Positions 18,678 through 26,915 of a DNA stretch of 32,000 nucleotides are shown one piece after another; positions within the stretch are counted from its first letter, which is position 1, and the number at the start of each line of letters is the position of its first letter. The notes under the pieces were generated by a model that saw only the letters and a program-made list of their open reading frames with translations, made no database searches and had not been told where the DNA came from. The DNA is from Pseudothioglobus sp. nBUS_23 (GTDB lineage: Bacteria; Pseudomonadota; Gammaproteobacteria; PS1; Pseudothioglobaceae): NCBI RefSeq assembly GCF_051201565.1, contig NZ_CP179200.1, forward strand, positions 570,001-602,000, written 5' to 3'. The position numbers and the translations under genes are program-made.

Positions 18678-18768
18678 TTAATTTTATCGCTTTTGGGACC
18701 TGCTGAATGATCTTTGATTTTTTTTATATAGACTATAATTTTATCGATAATTCAATAATCAAGTCTTA

Positions 18769-20016
18769 ATGAAAACACTGAAACTTGAAGATTTAAAGAA
18801 TCTAGATCAGCAAGACCCACTCTCAGAATATCGAGAGGCGTTTAATCTTCCAAAAAATACAATTTATTTTGATGGAAACTCACTGGGCCCTGTCCCAAAA
18901 ACAACTCTGAATAATCTTAATAACACAATTAACGAGGAGTGGGGTAGCGACTTAATAAATAGTTGGAACAAGGCTGATTGGATTAACTTGCCTCAAACAC
19001 TGGGTAACAAAATTGCACCACTTCTTGGAGCTAAGGCTGGAGAAGTTATAGTGGTTGATAGCACTTCAATTAATTTATTTAAGGTACTTACTTCCGCTTT
19101 AAGATTAAATGAAAATAGAAAAAAAATTTTAAGCGAATCAACAAATTTTCCGTCTGACCTCTACATTCTTGAGGGTTTAAATCGAATTTCAAATAATCAG
19201 TATGAGTGTGTGTTAATTGAAGATGATGACAATAATATTGAAAAATACATAGATTCATCCACTGCAGTAGTGATGCTTTCTCATATTGATTATAAGACTG
19301 GTCGAATTAGTGATATGAAAAAAATTACTGATTATGCGCACAATAAAGGAGCGCTCGTTGTTTGGGATCTTAGTCATAGTGTTGGTGTAATGCCAATGGA
19401 TTTGCATAATATCGGAGTAGATTTTGCTGTTGGCTGCACCTATAAGCACCTCAATGGTGGGCCAGGGGCGCCAGGATTTTTATATGTTCGTAATGATTTA
19501 ATTGAGAAAGTAACGCAGCCACTATCAGGTTGGCTTGGGCATAGCAATCCATTTGCGTTTGATCGTGAATACAAGCCTGCAAATAATATTAATAAATTCA
19601 TCTGTGGGACACCATCTATTCTTGCCTATAAGGCAGTAGAGAGCGGCCTTAATGTTTTTGAGGGCATATCTATGGAACAAGTTCGAGAAAAAAGTATTCA
19701 ACTCTCTGAGGTATTTATTGAGCTGATTAACCAAGAGTGTGACGAATTTGAGTTTAAATTATTTTCTCCAAATGATTCCAACCTTAGAGGCAGTCAGATT
19801 TCATATATGCACGAAAATGCCTATCCAATTATGCAGTCACTAATCTCAAGAGGAGTTATTGGTGATTATCGTGAGCCCAATATTTTGAGGTTTGGTATTT
19901 CGCCTCTTTATATGAGGTATGAAGATGTTTGGAATGCAATAATGCACCTTAAAAAAATTATGCAATCTAATGAGTGGGACTCATCAAATTTTATGGTTAG
20001 AAATTATGTTACCTAA
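18769..20016 (+). CDS. kynU: Kynureninase
   Basis: YFDGNSLGP, DSTSINLFKVL and the PLP-lysine block GCTYKHLNGGPGAPGFLYV are present. Length is 415 aa. Confidence 0.88.
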   Translation: MKTLKLEDLKNLDQQDPLSEYREAFNLPKNTIYFDGNSLGPVPKTTLNNLNNTINEEWGSDLINSWNKADWINLPQTLGNKIAPLLGAKAGEVIVVDSTSINLFKVLTSALRLNENRKKILSESTNFPSDLYILEGLNRISNNQYECVLIEDDDNNIEKYIDSSTAVVMLSHIDYKTGRISDMKKITDYAHNKGALVVWDLSHSVGVMPMDLHNIGVDFAVGCTYKHLNGGPGAPGFLYVRNDLIEKVTQPLSGWLGHSNPFAFDREYKPANNINKFICGTPSILAYKAVESGLNVFEGISMEQVREKSIQLSEVFIELINQECDEFEFKLFSPNDSNLRGSQISYMHENAYPIMQSLISRGVIGDYREPNILRFGISPLYMRYEDVWNAIMHLKKIMQSNEWDSSNFMVRNYVT

Positions 20017-20031
20017 CCGTTTTTTGAATAG

Positions 20032-20727
20032 TTAGGCCTCTTTAGAGAGCTTTCCGACAATTGTAATACCTAGAGCAACTGAAGGCCCAATGCCTAGAGC
20101 GAATATGACTGTTCCAAGTCCAACAACTTCTCCTAATAGTTTATCTAAATTATTCAAAAGACATATTGAACCTAAAACAACCACACTAATCTCAATTGTA
20201 GTTCGAATAGAATAAATTGGCATATTGGTAACCTTTTGCAGTCCTATCATTAGGCCATCCCTAGGGCCAGCTCCAAGATTGCAAATTAAATAGAACCCAC
20301 TTCCAATTCCAATAGTCAAGACACCAATAACTACTTGTAATACCTTAAGTGGATAGAGCTCAGGATATGGCAAAAAATAAACTGAAAACTCAATTGTCAG
20401 GGCAATAATAAAAGCATTTAATATTGTTCCCATTCCAGGCTTTTGTTTCAACGGTATCCACAACATAAGAACAAAAATACTGATCACAAATGTAGAAAGT
20501 CCCAAGGACCAATTAGTAAGGTTTGAAATTCCTTGTGCAAAAACAGTATAGGGCCCAACACCAGCTCCGCTAGTTATGAGGAGACTCTCTCCCAATCCAA
20601 ATAAAAATAAACCAAAAACTAGAAAGATGAAGGTTAAGGGCTTTGGTTTTAAGTTAAAAGAGTCTTCAGAGCTCCAGACCACTTTGGGAATTTTTTTGAT
20701 AGTAAAGGTGTCTGAAATTAGCTTCAT
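20032..20727 (-). CDS. Polytopic membrane protein, possibly YczE/YitT-like
   Basis: About 6 hydrophobic helices and Gly-rich segments (SGAGVGPYTVF, NLGAGPRDGL). The family assignment is tentative. Confidence 0.5.
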   Translation of the reverse strand: MKLISDTFTIKKIPKVVWSSEDSFNLKPKPLTFIFLVFGLFLFGLGESLLITSGAGVGPYTVFAQGISNLTNWSLGLSTFVISIFVLMLWIPLKQKPGMGTILNAFIIALTIEFSVYFLPYPELYPLKVLQVVIGVLTIGIGSGFYLICNLGAGPRDGLMIGLQKVTNMPIYSIRTTIEISVVVLGSICLLNNLDKLLGEVVGLGTVIFALGIGPSVALGITIVGKLSKEA

Positions 20728-20879
20728 TGGTGGATAGTAAAGTAAAAATTAGGTTAATAATACAGATGTTTTTACTTGTTCTTTAAGGAAGTATAAATTA
20801 TAAAATGTATCTTTTTGGTTTGAGAATTTAGTTATTATTTAAGCTATGTTTAATTTGAATTAAAAACTACTTTAGGCTT

Positions 20880-21668
20880 ATGTCACTATTAATCAAACAA
20901 TCCGATGTTCAAAGTTTTAGAGAGGATGGCGTTGTTATTCTTCGAGGGTTTTTCAAAGATTGGATTGATGTATTAGCTAATGGTGCTGATTTTCATCTCA
21001 AAAACCCAAGCGATCGATCCTTGGTTCACCAAAAAGAAAAACACCAGGGACAATTCTTAGAAGATTTTTGCAATTGGAAGCGTATTCCTGAATATACGGA
21101 TTTTGTCTTTAATTCTTCTCTAGCCACCATCGCCTCCAATTTAATGGAGTCAAGATCTGTGCAATTTTTTCATGATCATTTTTTTTATAAAGAGGCAAAC
21201 TCTGGAGTGCCTACCCCATGGCATCAAGATATGCCTTACTACTGCGTTTCTGGCCATCAAACCGTAAGTTTTTGGCTGCCACTAGAGTCAAGACACAAAA
21301 ATGTTTCATTGAGATCTCTTGCTGGAAGCCATCTTTTAGACAGAGAAATTAGACCCACTAGCTGGGCTAATAATGAGAGTTTTTATGATGATAGTGGGGT
21401 TTTTATGGATATGCCAGATATTGAAGCATATGAAATAAGAGAATGGGAGACAGAGCCCGGAGATGTCATTGCGTTCAATTTCAAGACGATTCATGCTGCA
21501 AATGCAAATCTAGAAAAAAAGATGAGTAGAACTCTATCCTTTAGGTTGCTGGGGGACGATGTTGTTTATAATGAGCGTCCAGGAAGGACTTCACCAAGTT
21601 TTCCCGGTATAAGTCAAAAAAATGGGGAGCGCCTCAGAGAGGACTGGTTTCCTACTCTCTGCAGATAA
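20880..21668 (+). CDS. Phytanoyl-CoA dioxygenase (PhyH) family Fe(II)/2-oxoglutarate oxygenase
   Basis: HxD...H facial triad candidates are WHQDMPYY and TIHAANAN. The HxD form indicates a hydroxylase-type enzyme rather than a halogenase. Length is 262 aa. Confidence 0.8.
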   Translation: MSLLIKQSDVQSFREDGVVILRGFFKDWIDVLANGADFHLKNPSDRSLVHQKEKHQGQFLEDFCNWKRIPEYTDFVFNSSLATIASNLMESRSVQFFHDHFFYKEANSGVPTPWHQDMPYYCVSGHQTVSFWLPLESRHKNVSLRSLAGSHLLDREIRPTSWANNESFYDDSGVFMDMPDIEAYEIREWETEPGDVIAFNFKTIHAANANLEKKMSRTLSFRLLGDDVVYNERPGRTSPSFPGISQKNGERLREDWFPTLCR

Positions 21669-21676
21669 TAATATCA

Positions 21677-22438
21677 ATGGAAATTTCAAACTTGACAACA
21701 GAGATTCTTGTGTTTTTATTCTTTGTTGGAGTAATAGCTGGCTTTCTTGATACGCTTGTTGGAGGCGGAGGGTTGATTGCAGTTCCAGCGCTTTTACTGA
21801 GTGGTATTCCGCCTATCTATGTTCTTGGAACGAATAAGTTGCAAGGCAGCATGGGTACAGGTATTGCCACCTTTTTATTATTTCGAAAAAAAAAGTTAGA
21901 ATGGCAAATGGTCAAAAAATTAATGATCGCATCTTTCATTGGTTCGGTCCTAGGTGGCATCATTGTTCAGTTTGTTGATACCGAGGTTCTTTCGTTTGTA
22001 ATTCCGATCGTTCTTGTTTTTATTGCAATTTACTTTATTGTTTCTCCGAAACCTAAAGCAATTAGTTCTAGCTCCAAGTCTGACAAGAGATTTGAATCAT
22101 ATGTCGTTCCAGGCGTGGGATTTTATGATGGGATGTTTGGCCCTGGCGCCGGTTCTTTTTTTGTTATGACGGGAGTGATGCTTAAAAAACTTGAAATTAT
22201 TCAAGCCACAATATTAGCAAAGCCACTTAACTTTGCATCTAATGTGGCAGGTTTTATAGTTTTCTTTATATTTGGACACATCGCCTTTGTTGTGGGATTG
22301 GTTATGATGCTGGGACAATTGATTGGCTCTTTTTTGGGAACGCATTATTTACTAAAGGCTAATCCAAAATTGATTAGAGTATTAATAGTTATTACTTCCT
22401 TATCGATGTTAGCTAAGTATATGAGCTCTTTGGTCTGA
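21677..22438 (+). CDS. TauE/SafE (DUF81) family anion permease
   Basis: LVGGGGLIAVPALLLSGIPP...GTNKLQ motif, about 8 TM helices, 253 aa. Confidence 0.8.
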   Translation: MEISNLTTEILVFLFFVGVIAGFLDTLVGGGGLIAVPALLLSGIPPIYVLGTNKLQGSMGTGIATFLLFRKKKLEWQMVKKLMIASFIGSVLGGIIVQFVDTEVLSFVIPIVLVFIAIYFIVSPKPKAISSSSKSDKRFESYVVPGVGFYDGMFGPGAGSFFVMTGVMLKKLEIIQATILAKPLNFASNVAGFIVFFIFGHIAFVVGLVMMLGQLIGSFLGTHYLLKANPKLIRVLIVITSLSMLAKYMSSLV

Positions 22439-23328
22439 TGAAAAATAACAAAATAGATTTAAAAACTGAATTTCCCACATGGGTTATCATCTTTTCAGTT
22501 TATTTTCTATGGTGGGCTGTGCTGAGCAATTTTTCTACTATTCCGTTCGCGCATCTTTTTCTAATTATCATCTTAACTTTCCATGGATCTGTTCAGCATG
22601 AAATCCTTCATGGCCACCCTACTAGATATCAAGGATTTAATGATTTATTGGCTTACCCGTCACTAGCTCTTTGGTCACCTTACTTGGTTTATAAAAGCTC
22701 TCATCTCAAGCATCACGAGGATATAAATTTAACAATTCCAAATGTTGACCCTGAAAGCTATTTTATTAGTAAGGATGAATGGGATATGTTAGGCGGTTAT
22801 CGACAAAAACTTGCAGAATTTAACATGACTTTGTTAGGAAGATTAATACTCGGACCTTTTTGGTATTTCATCGCACTTAAAAAAGAATTTGTGATGAGTT
22901 TTAAAAATTTTTTTTCAATCAATTTTCTAATTTGGTTCTCTCATGAAGTCTTTGTAGTAATATTTTTATATTTCATTTGGTCCTTTTTTAATATTCACTT
23001 TTTAGTTTATATTGGATGCGCTTATATGGCACAAGCATTGACAATGTTAAGAAGTTTTTATGAGCACCGTCCTAGCTCCAACCCAAATCACCGCTCGATA
23101 ATAATGCACACCTCATTACTAATGAGAATTTTATTTTTAAATAATAGCTACCATTTTGTTCATCATAAAAATCCTAATATGAGTTGGCATCAAATACCAA
23201 GAGAATACAAATCTAATTCAGAAAAATATAAACAATCTAATAGTTATTTCTTAGAAAAAGGTTACTTTACTTGGTTTAAAAAATATCTATTTAAGCCTGT
23301 TGATAAGCCAAAACACCCAGCCTTTTAA
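22438..23328 (+). CDS. Fatty acid desaturase family membrane di-iron enzyme
   Basis: Three His boxes: HEILHGH, HLKHHE and HFVHHKNP. Its ATG overlaps the TauE stop (TGATG at 22436-22440). Confidence 0.8.
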   Translation: MKNNKIDLKTEFPTWVIIFSVYFLWWAVLSNFSTIPFAHLFLIIILTFHGSVQHEILHGHPTRYQGFNDLLAYPSLALWSPYLVYKSSHLKHHEDINLTIPNVDPESYFISKDEWDMLGGYRQKLAEFNMTLLGRLILGPFWYFIALKKEFVMSFKNFFSINFLIWFSHEVFVVIFLYFIWSFFNIHFLVYIGCAYMAQALTMLRSFYEHRPSSNPNHRSIIMHTSLLMRILFLNNSYHFVHHKNPNMSWHQIPREYKSNSEKYKQSNSYFLEKGYFTWFKKYLFKPVDKPKHPAF

Positions 23329-23335
23329 CTGAGTT

Positions 23336-24100
23336 ATGGAAAAAGAATTTATAGGTATTGGAATGTACTCAATAAATGATGAGCTTGAGAAAGCTTGGCA
23401 GGACCTTTTTCTTATAGCTGGAAAATTAAGTCCTGGTCTGGGTCTCCCAATTCATTTTTTGAACAGTATTGAGGAAAATGTTATTGTATCAAGTCAGACC
23501 CGAATTAGTCATATCTGTGGTTTACCGTTGGTAAGTCAATTTCAAGAAAAATTAATTCCAATTTGTACTCCTCATTTTGATCTTGAAGGTCTTGAAGGGC
23601 CAAACTACTTTAGTTACTTTATGGTTTCTAAAAAAAGCCAAATTAGATCCGTGACAGGATCTAGGGGGCTAGTTGCCGCAATCAGTAGCTATGATTCTCA
23701 AAGCGGCAGTAATGTTTTTCGAAACGAGATTGAGGTTGCAAAAAAGCTTGATTTTTTTGATGACTTTTACAAAAAAATTGTCACTACTGGCTCTCATAAA
23801 AACAGCATTCAAAAAATTATCGATAATGAAGTTGATATTGCTTGTATCGACGCAATAAGTTATAAAAATATAAATAGAGCAGAGCCTGAAATTGGGGATA
23901 AGTTAAGGATAATAGGGCGCTCAATTATTTCTCCTGCCCCTCCTTTAGTTACTCATAAGGATAATCCATTATGCTCTTCGAGGGGTTTAATCAGAGCACT
24001 TAATAGTGCACTTAATTTGATGGACAAAGAGTCTAAAGACGCTTTAAGAATAAAGCGATTTTCTTTTGTACCTTTTGATACTTACAACTCCCAAATTTAA
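23336..24100 (+). CDS. PhnD/SsuA-fold (phosphonate-binding-like) protein without a signal peptide
   Basis: Blocks typical of the PhnD-like family are present: YFSYFMVSKKSQIRS, SQSGSNVFR, TTGSHKNSIQKIIDNEVDIACIDAISY and ISPAPPLV. The N-terminus MEKEFIGIGMYS has no signal sequence. Confidence 0.65.
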   Translation: MEKEFIGIGMYSINDELEKAWQDLFLIAGKLSPGLGLPIHFLNSIEENVIVSSQTRISHICGLPLVSQFQEKLIPICTPHFDLEGLEGPNYFSYFMVSKKSQIRSVTGSRGLVAAISSYDSQSGSNVFRNEIEVAKKLDFFDDFYKKIVTTGSHKNSIQKIIDNEVDIACIDAISYKNINRAEPEIGDKLRIIGRSIISPAPPLVTHKDNPLCSSRGLIRALNSALNLMDKESKDALRIKRFSFVPFDTYNSQI

Positions 24101-24105
24101 AAAGT

Positions 24106-25146
24106 TTAGATACCTTTTGGTAATTTGTATTCAGTCTCAAAGTGCCTCCATTCATAGCGCTCAGGATAATTTCTTCTATAATTTTCAAAATTAGATATGT
24201 CTTGAATTGCTTTATCATCAGCATGGAATGAGTAAATTGAATTAAGAGTCTCATGAAGATTGTTCTCCCTGATGATTTTTAATTCTGGATTGATTAGATG
24301 CTCGATGTTATCATTCAGTGGCTTTTTGATATATTTGCAGAGATCCTTATAGATCATGAAGCTGCCCATAAATTTAGCATCAATAGAATGCCCTGCAATA
24401 TGAGGCGTTGCCCAGTAAGCTGATTTTTGAAGATTTAAGTTAATATTGGGTTCATTTTCCCAACAGTCAATTATGTTTGCTTTTGTTTGGGTTGTTTCCC
24501 AGACCGTTTCATTAATGATTCCTCCTCTTGCAGCATTGATGACTATTGCATCATTATTTATATGTTTAAAATTGTGACTATCTAAAAGTTTGTAAGTAGG
24601 ATGAGGACCTGAGTATTTCAAAGGGGTATGAAACGTCACTATGTCAGCACTTAGGGCACTTTCTAGAGAAGTAAAATTATCACTTCCCTCTAGAGCCTCT
24701 CGAGGTGGGTCATTTAAAAGCGTTTTCATTCCAAGTTGTTTTGCTTTAACTTCAAGCCTTCTCCCTACATTTCCTACCCCAATGATTCCAAGGGTCTTAT
24801 TAGATAATTTGAAGCCATAGTCTTTAGATAAATTTGCAATTGCGCTGATAACATATTCTGAGACAGCATTTGCATTACACCCCTGAGCCGATGAGAGAGT
24901 TATAGCATTATCTTCGAGATAGTTTTTATCTATATGGTCTAATCCCGCAACAGTAGATCCGACAAACTTTATATTAGCGTCTCTCAGAAGCTTTTCATCG
25001 ACTCTAGTTCTAGATCTGACTATTAATGCATCAAAATCCTTTAGACTTTCGCTTCTTATCTCTCTTCCAGGAAGTGTAAACACTTCGCCAAATTCTGAAA
25101 AAATTTGATTAGAGCCCCAGACTGCGTCATCAATCAGTAATTTCAT
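24106..25146 (-). CDS. pdxB: 4-phosphoerythronate dehydrogenase
   Basis: MKLLIDD...FGEV...PGR...DALIVRS...KFVGSTVAGLDHID and GIIGVGNVGRRL match PdxB end to end. I prefer ATG 25146, which forms an ATGA overlap with the ung stop, over the track start 25161. Confidence 0.88.
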   Translation of the reverse strand: MKLLIDDAVWGSNQIFSEFGEVFTLPGREIRSESLKDFDALIVRSRTRVDEKLLRDANIKFVGSTVAGLDHIDKNYLEDNAITLSSAQGCNANAVSEYVISAIANLSKDYGFKLSNKTLGIIGVGNVGRRLEVKAKQLGMKTLLNDPPREALEGSDNFTSLESALSADIVTFHTPLKYSGPHPTYKLLDSHNFKHINNDAIVINAARGGIINETVWETTQTKANIIDCWENEPNINLNLQKSAYWATPHIAGHSIDAKFMGSFMIYKDLCKYIKKPLNDNIEHLINPELKIIRENNLHETLNSIYSFHADDKAIQDISNFENYRRNYPERYEWRHFETEYKLPKGI

Positions 25147-25814
25147 ATGGATAAGCTCCAATCAATCAATTCCTGATTAGATGCTTTGAGGTAGCTATTT
25201 GTTTTTGAGAAATGTTTGCAGCCAAAGAAACCTTTATGGGCAGAAAATGGAGAAGGGTGAGCCGCACTTAGAATCAAATGCTTATTACTATCAATTAATA
25301 CTGATTTTTTATTTGCATAAGCGCCCCAGAGTAAAAACACTAAATTCTCTTTATTGTCGTTTAGTAGGGTGATAACCTGATCGGTAAAGACCTCCCAGCC
25401 ATGATTAGCGTGAGAGGCAGGGGAGTTCTTTTCTACTGTAAGGACGCTATTGAGCAGTAAAACTCCTTGTTTGGCCCAATTTTCGAGGTGACCATGTCCT
25501 GGATTATTAAAATCAACATTATCTTGATCAAGCTCCTTATAAATATTTCTGAGGGACGGCGGAACAGCTATTCCCTTTGGAACAGAAAAGCTTAAACCTT
25601 CTGCCTGACCTTCTCCATGATAAGGGTCTTGCCCAAGAATGACAACCTTTGTAGCCCTGAAACTTGAGTACTCAAAGGCTTTAAACCATGTTCCCCGAGG
25701 AGGGAAAATTTCATAATCAACTCTGGAGTTGAGAAATGATAGTAAAGAGCCAAAATAATCCTTATTTTTTTCGTCAGATAAGTAAGGAGCCCAGTCGCCA
25801 ATATCTTGAGTCAT
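25143..25814 (-). CDS. ung: Uracil-DNA glycosylase
   Basis: VILGQDPYHGEGQAEGLSFSV and HPSPFSA motifs. Length is 223 aa. Confidence 0.95.
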   Translation of the reverse strand: MTQDIGDWAPYLSDEKNKDYFGSLLSFLNSRVDYEIFPPRGTWFKAFEYSSFRATKVVILGQDPYHGEGQAEGLSFSVPKGIAVPPSLRNIYKELDQDNVDFNNPGHGHLENWAKQGVLLLNSVLTVEKNSPASHANHGWEVFTDQVITLLNDNKENLVFLLWGAYANKKSVLIDSNKHLILSAAHPSPFSAHKGFFGCKHFSKTNSYLKASNQELIDWSLSI

Positions 25815-25900
25815 TTTATTTTATTGGTAGATTGACTTTTTTGAAGTAATCATAAAATTGCATTTGAAAGCCATAAAATATATTATGTTCTTAAATGATG

Positions 25901-25940
25901 TGCAAATTAATTTGCAAGGTTAAAGAACATTTGTATTATA
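25901..25940 (+). promoter_or_regulatory. Perfect 16-bp palindrome overlapping a putative promoter of the tpm operon
   Basis: TGCAAATTAATTTGCA (25901-25916) is a perfect palindrome. Its right arm overlaps -35 TTGCAA (25912-25917). After a 16-17 nt spacer comes TGTATTATA (25932-25940), an extended -10-like element. The tpm ATG is at 25954. Confidence 0.45.
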
Positions 25941-25953
25941 TCAAGGATTGGTA

Positions 25954-26610
25954 ATGACTGATTGGATCAGTAGGTGGGAGAGTAACAGAATTGGTTGGCA
26001 TGCAGAGCAGGTCAACAGACATCTGAATAAATATCTTGATAGGTTTGAGTTGTCATTTGGAGAGTCAGTCTTTGTTCCACTTTGTGGGAAAACAAATGAC
26101 ATGCAATACCTTCTTGAGAAAAATATAAAGGTTATTGGCGTTGAGATGAGTAATATCGCTATTGAGCAATTTTTTTCAGAAAATAATCTGGATTATTTGG
26201 TTTCAAACCTTGGTCAATTTGTACTGTATGAGGGTGATGGAATTAAACTTTATTGTGGTGATTTTTTTGATTTAGATTCGAGGTATTTAGAGAATGTGAA
26301 AGCAATATATGATCGGGCGTCACTCATTGCCTTGGATGAAGGCTTAAGACAAAAATATGCTAAACATTTAAGTGATATAATAGAATTTGATGCTAGGATT
26401 TTACTCTTGACTTTAAACTATCCTCAGCATCAGAGATCTGGCCCACCTTTTGCAGTCAGTAAAGAAGAGGTCAAACAATTATTTAATGGTTCATTTGATA
26501 TTCAAGAATTGCATTGTATTGAGGATATTGAAAATGAACCGATGTTCCAAAATCTTGGAGTAGATTTTGTTGAAAAGGCAGTGTATTTGCTGCAAAAAGT
26601 GAGAATGTGA
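25954..26610 (+). CDS. tpm: Thiopurine S-methyltransferase family (Tpm)
   Basis: WISRWESNRIGWH and VFVPLCGKTNDMQYL (SAM-binding region). I prefer ATG 25954 over the track start TTG 25948. Confidence 0.85.
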   Translation: MTDWISRWESNRIGWHAEQVNRHLNKYLDRFELSFGESVFVPLCGKTNDMQYLLEKNIKVIGVEMSNIAIEQFFSENNLDYLVSNLGQFVLYEGDGIKLYCGDFFDLDSRYLENVKAIYDRASLIALDEGLRQKYAKHLSDIIEFDARILLLTLNYPQHQRSGPPFAVSKEEVKQLFNGSFDIQELHCIEDIENEPMFQNLGVDFVEKAVYLLQKVRM

Positions 26611-26915
26611 TGGCAAAAAAAATGACGGGCATAGTCGCCCAATTTGGTACTAAAGGGTATGGATTTATTACAGGTGATGACGGAGAGAAATACTTTGTTC
26701 ACCAAAAAAATGTTTTTAATAAGTCTCGTTTAAGAAGTGATACCAGAGTTAAATTTAAAGTTGAAACCTCGGAAAAAGGCCTGGTTGCTGTTGATGTTAA
26801 GTTAGAGAAGATAGTTGAAGAGTCAGCGCCACTAACCGACAATGACATTAAAGCAATGTTTGGTGTTTTGCTAGTTTTCCAGATTATTATCGCGTACTTT
26901 GTATTTTTTGGATAA
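26610..26915 (+). CDS. Cold-shock-domain protein with a C-terminal transmembrane tail
   Basis: RNP1-like KGYGFI and RNP2-like YFVHQ occur in the first ~65 aa. A terminal hydrophobic stretch AMFGVLLVFQIIIAYFVFFG follows. The ATG overlaps the tpm stop (TGATG). An alternative start is ATG 26622. Confidence 0.7.
   Translation: MAKKMTGIVAQFGTKGYGFITGDDGEKYFVHQKNVFNKSRLRSDTRVKFKVETSEKGLVAVDVKLEKIVEESAPLTDNDIKAMFGVLLVFQIIIAYFVFFG

Noticed and set aside
20012-20036. Inverted repeat CCTAAC...GTTAGG lies between convergent kynU and the membrane protein gene. I considered a possible bidirectional terminator.
   Set aside because: The stem is only 6 bp with a 13-nt loop, and no T-tract follows it on either strand. 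It is too weak to call.
20766-20860. Several mini-ORFs lie in the 152-nt spacer upstream of the PhyH operon, for example ATG TTT TTA CTT GTT CTT TAA at 20766-20786. I considered them as possible leader peptides.
   Set aside because: Short ATG-to-stop strings are expected by chance in AT-rich DNA. None has an RBS or an associated attenuator structure.
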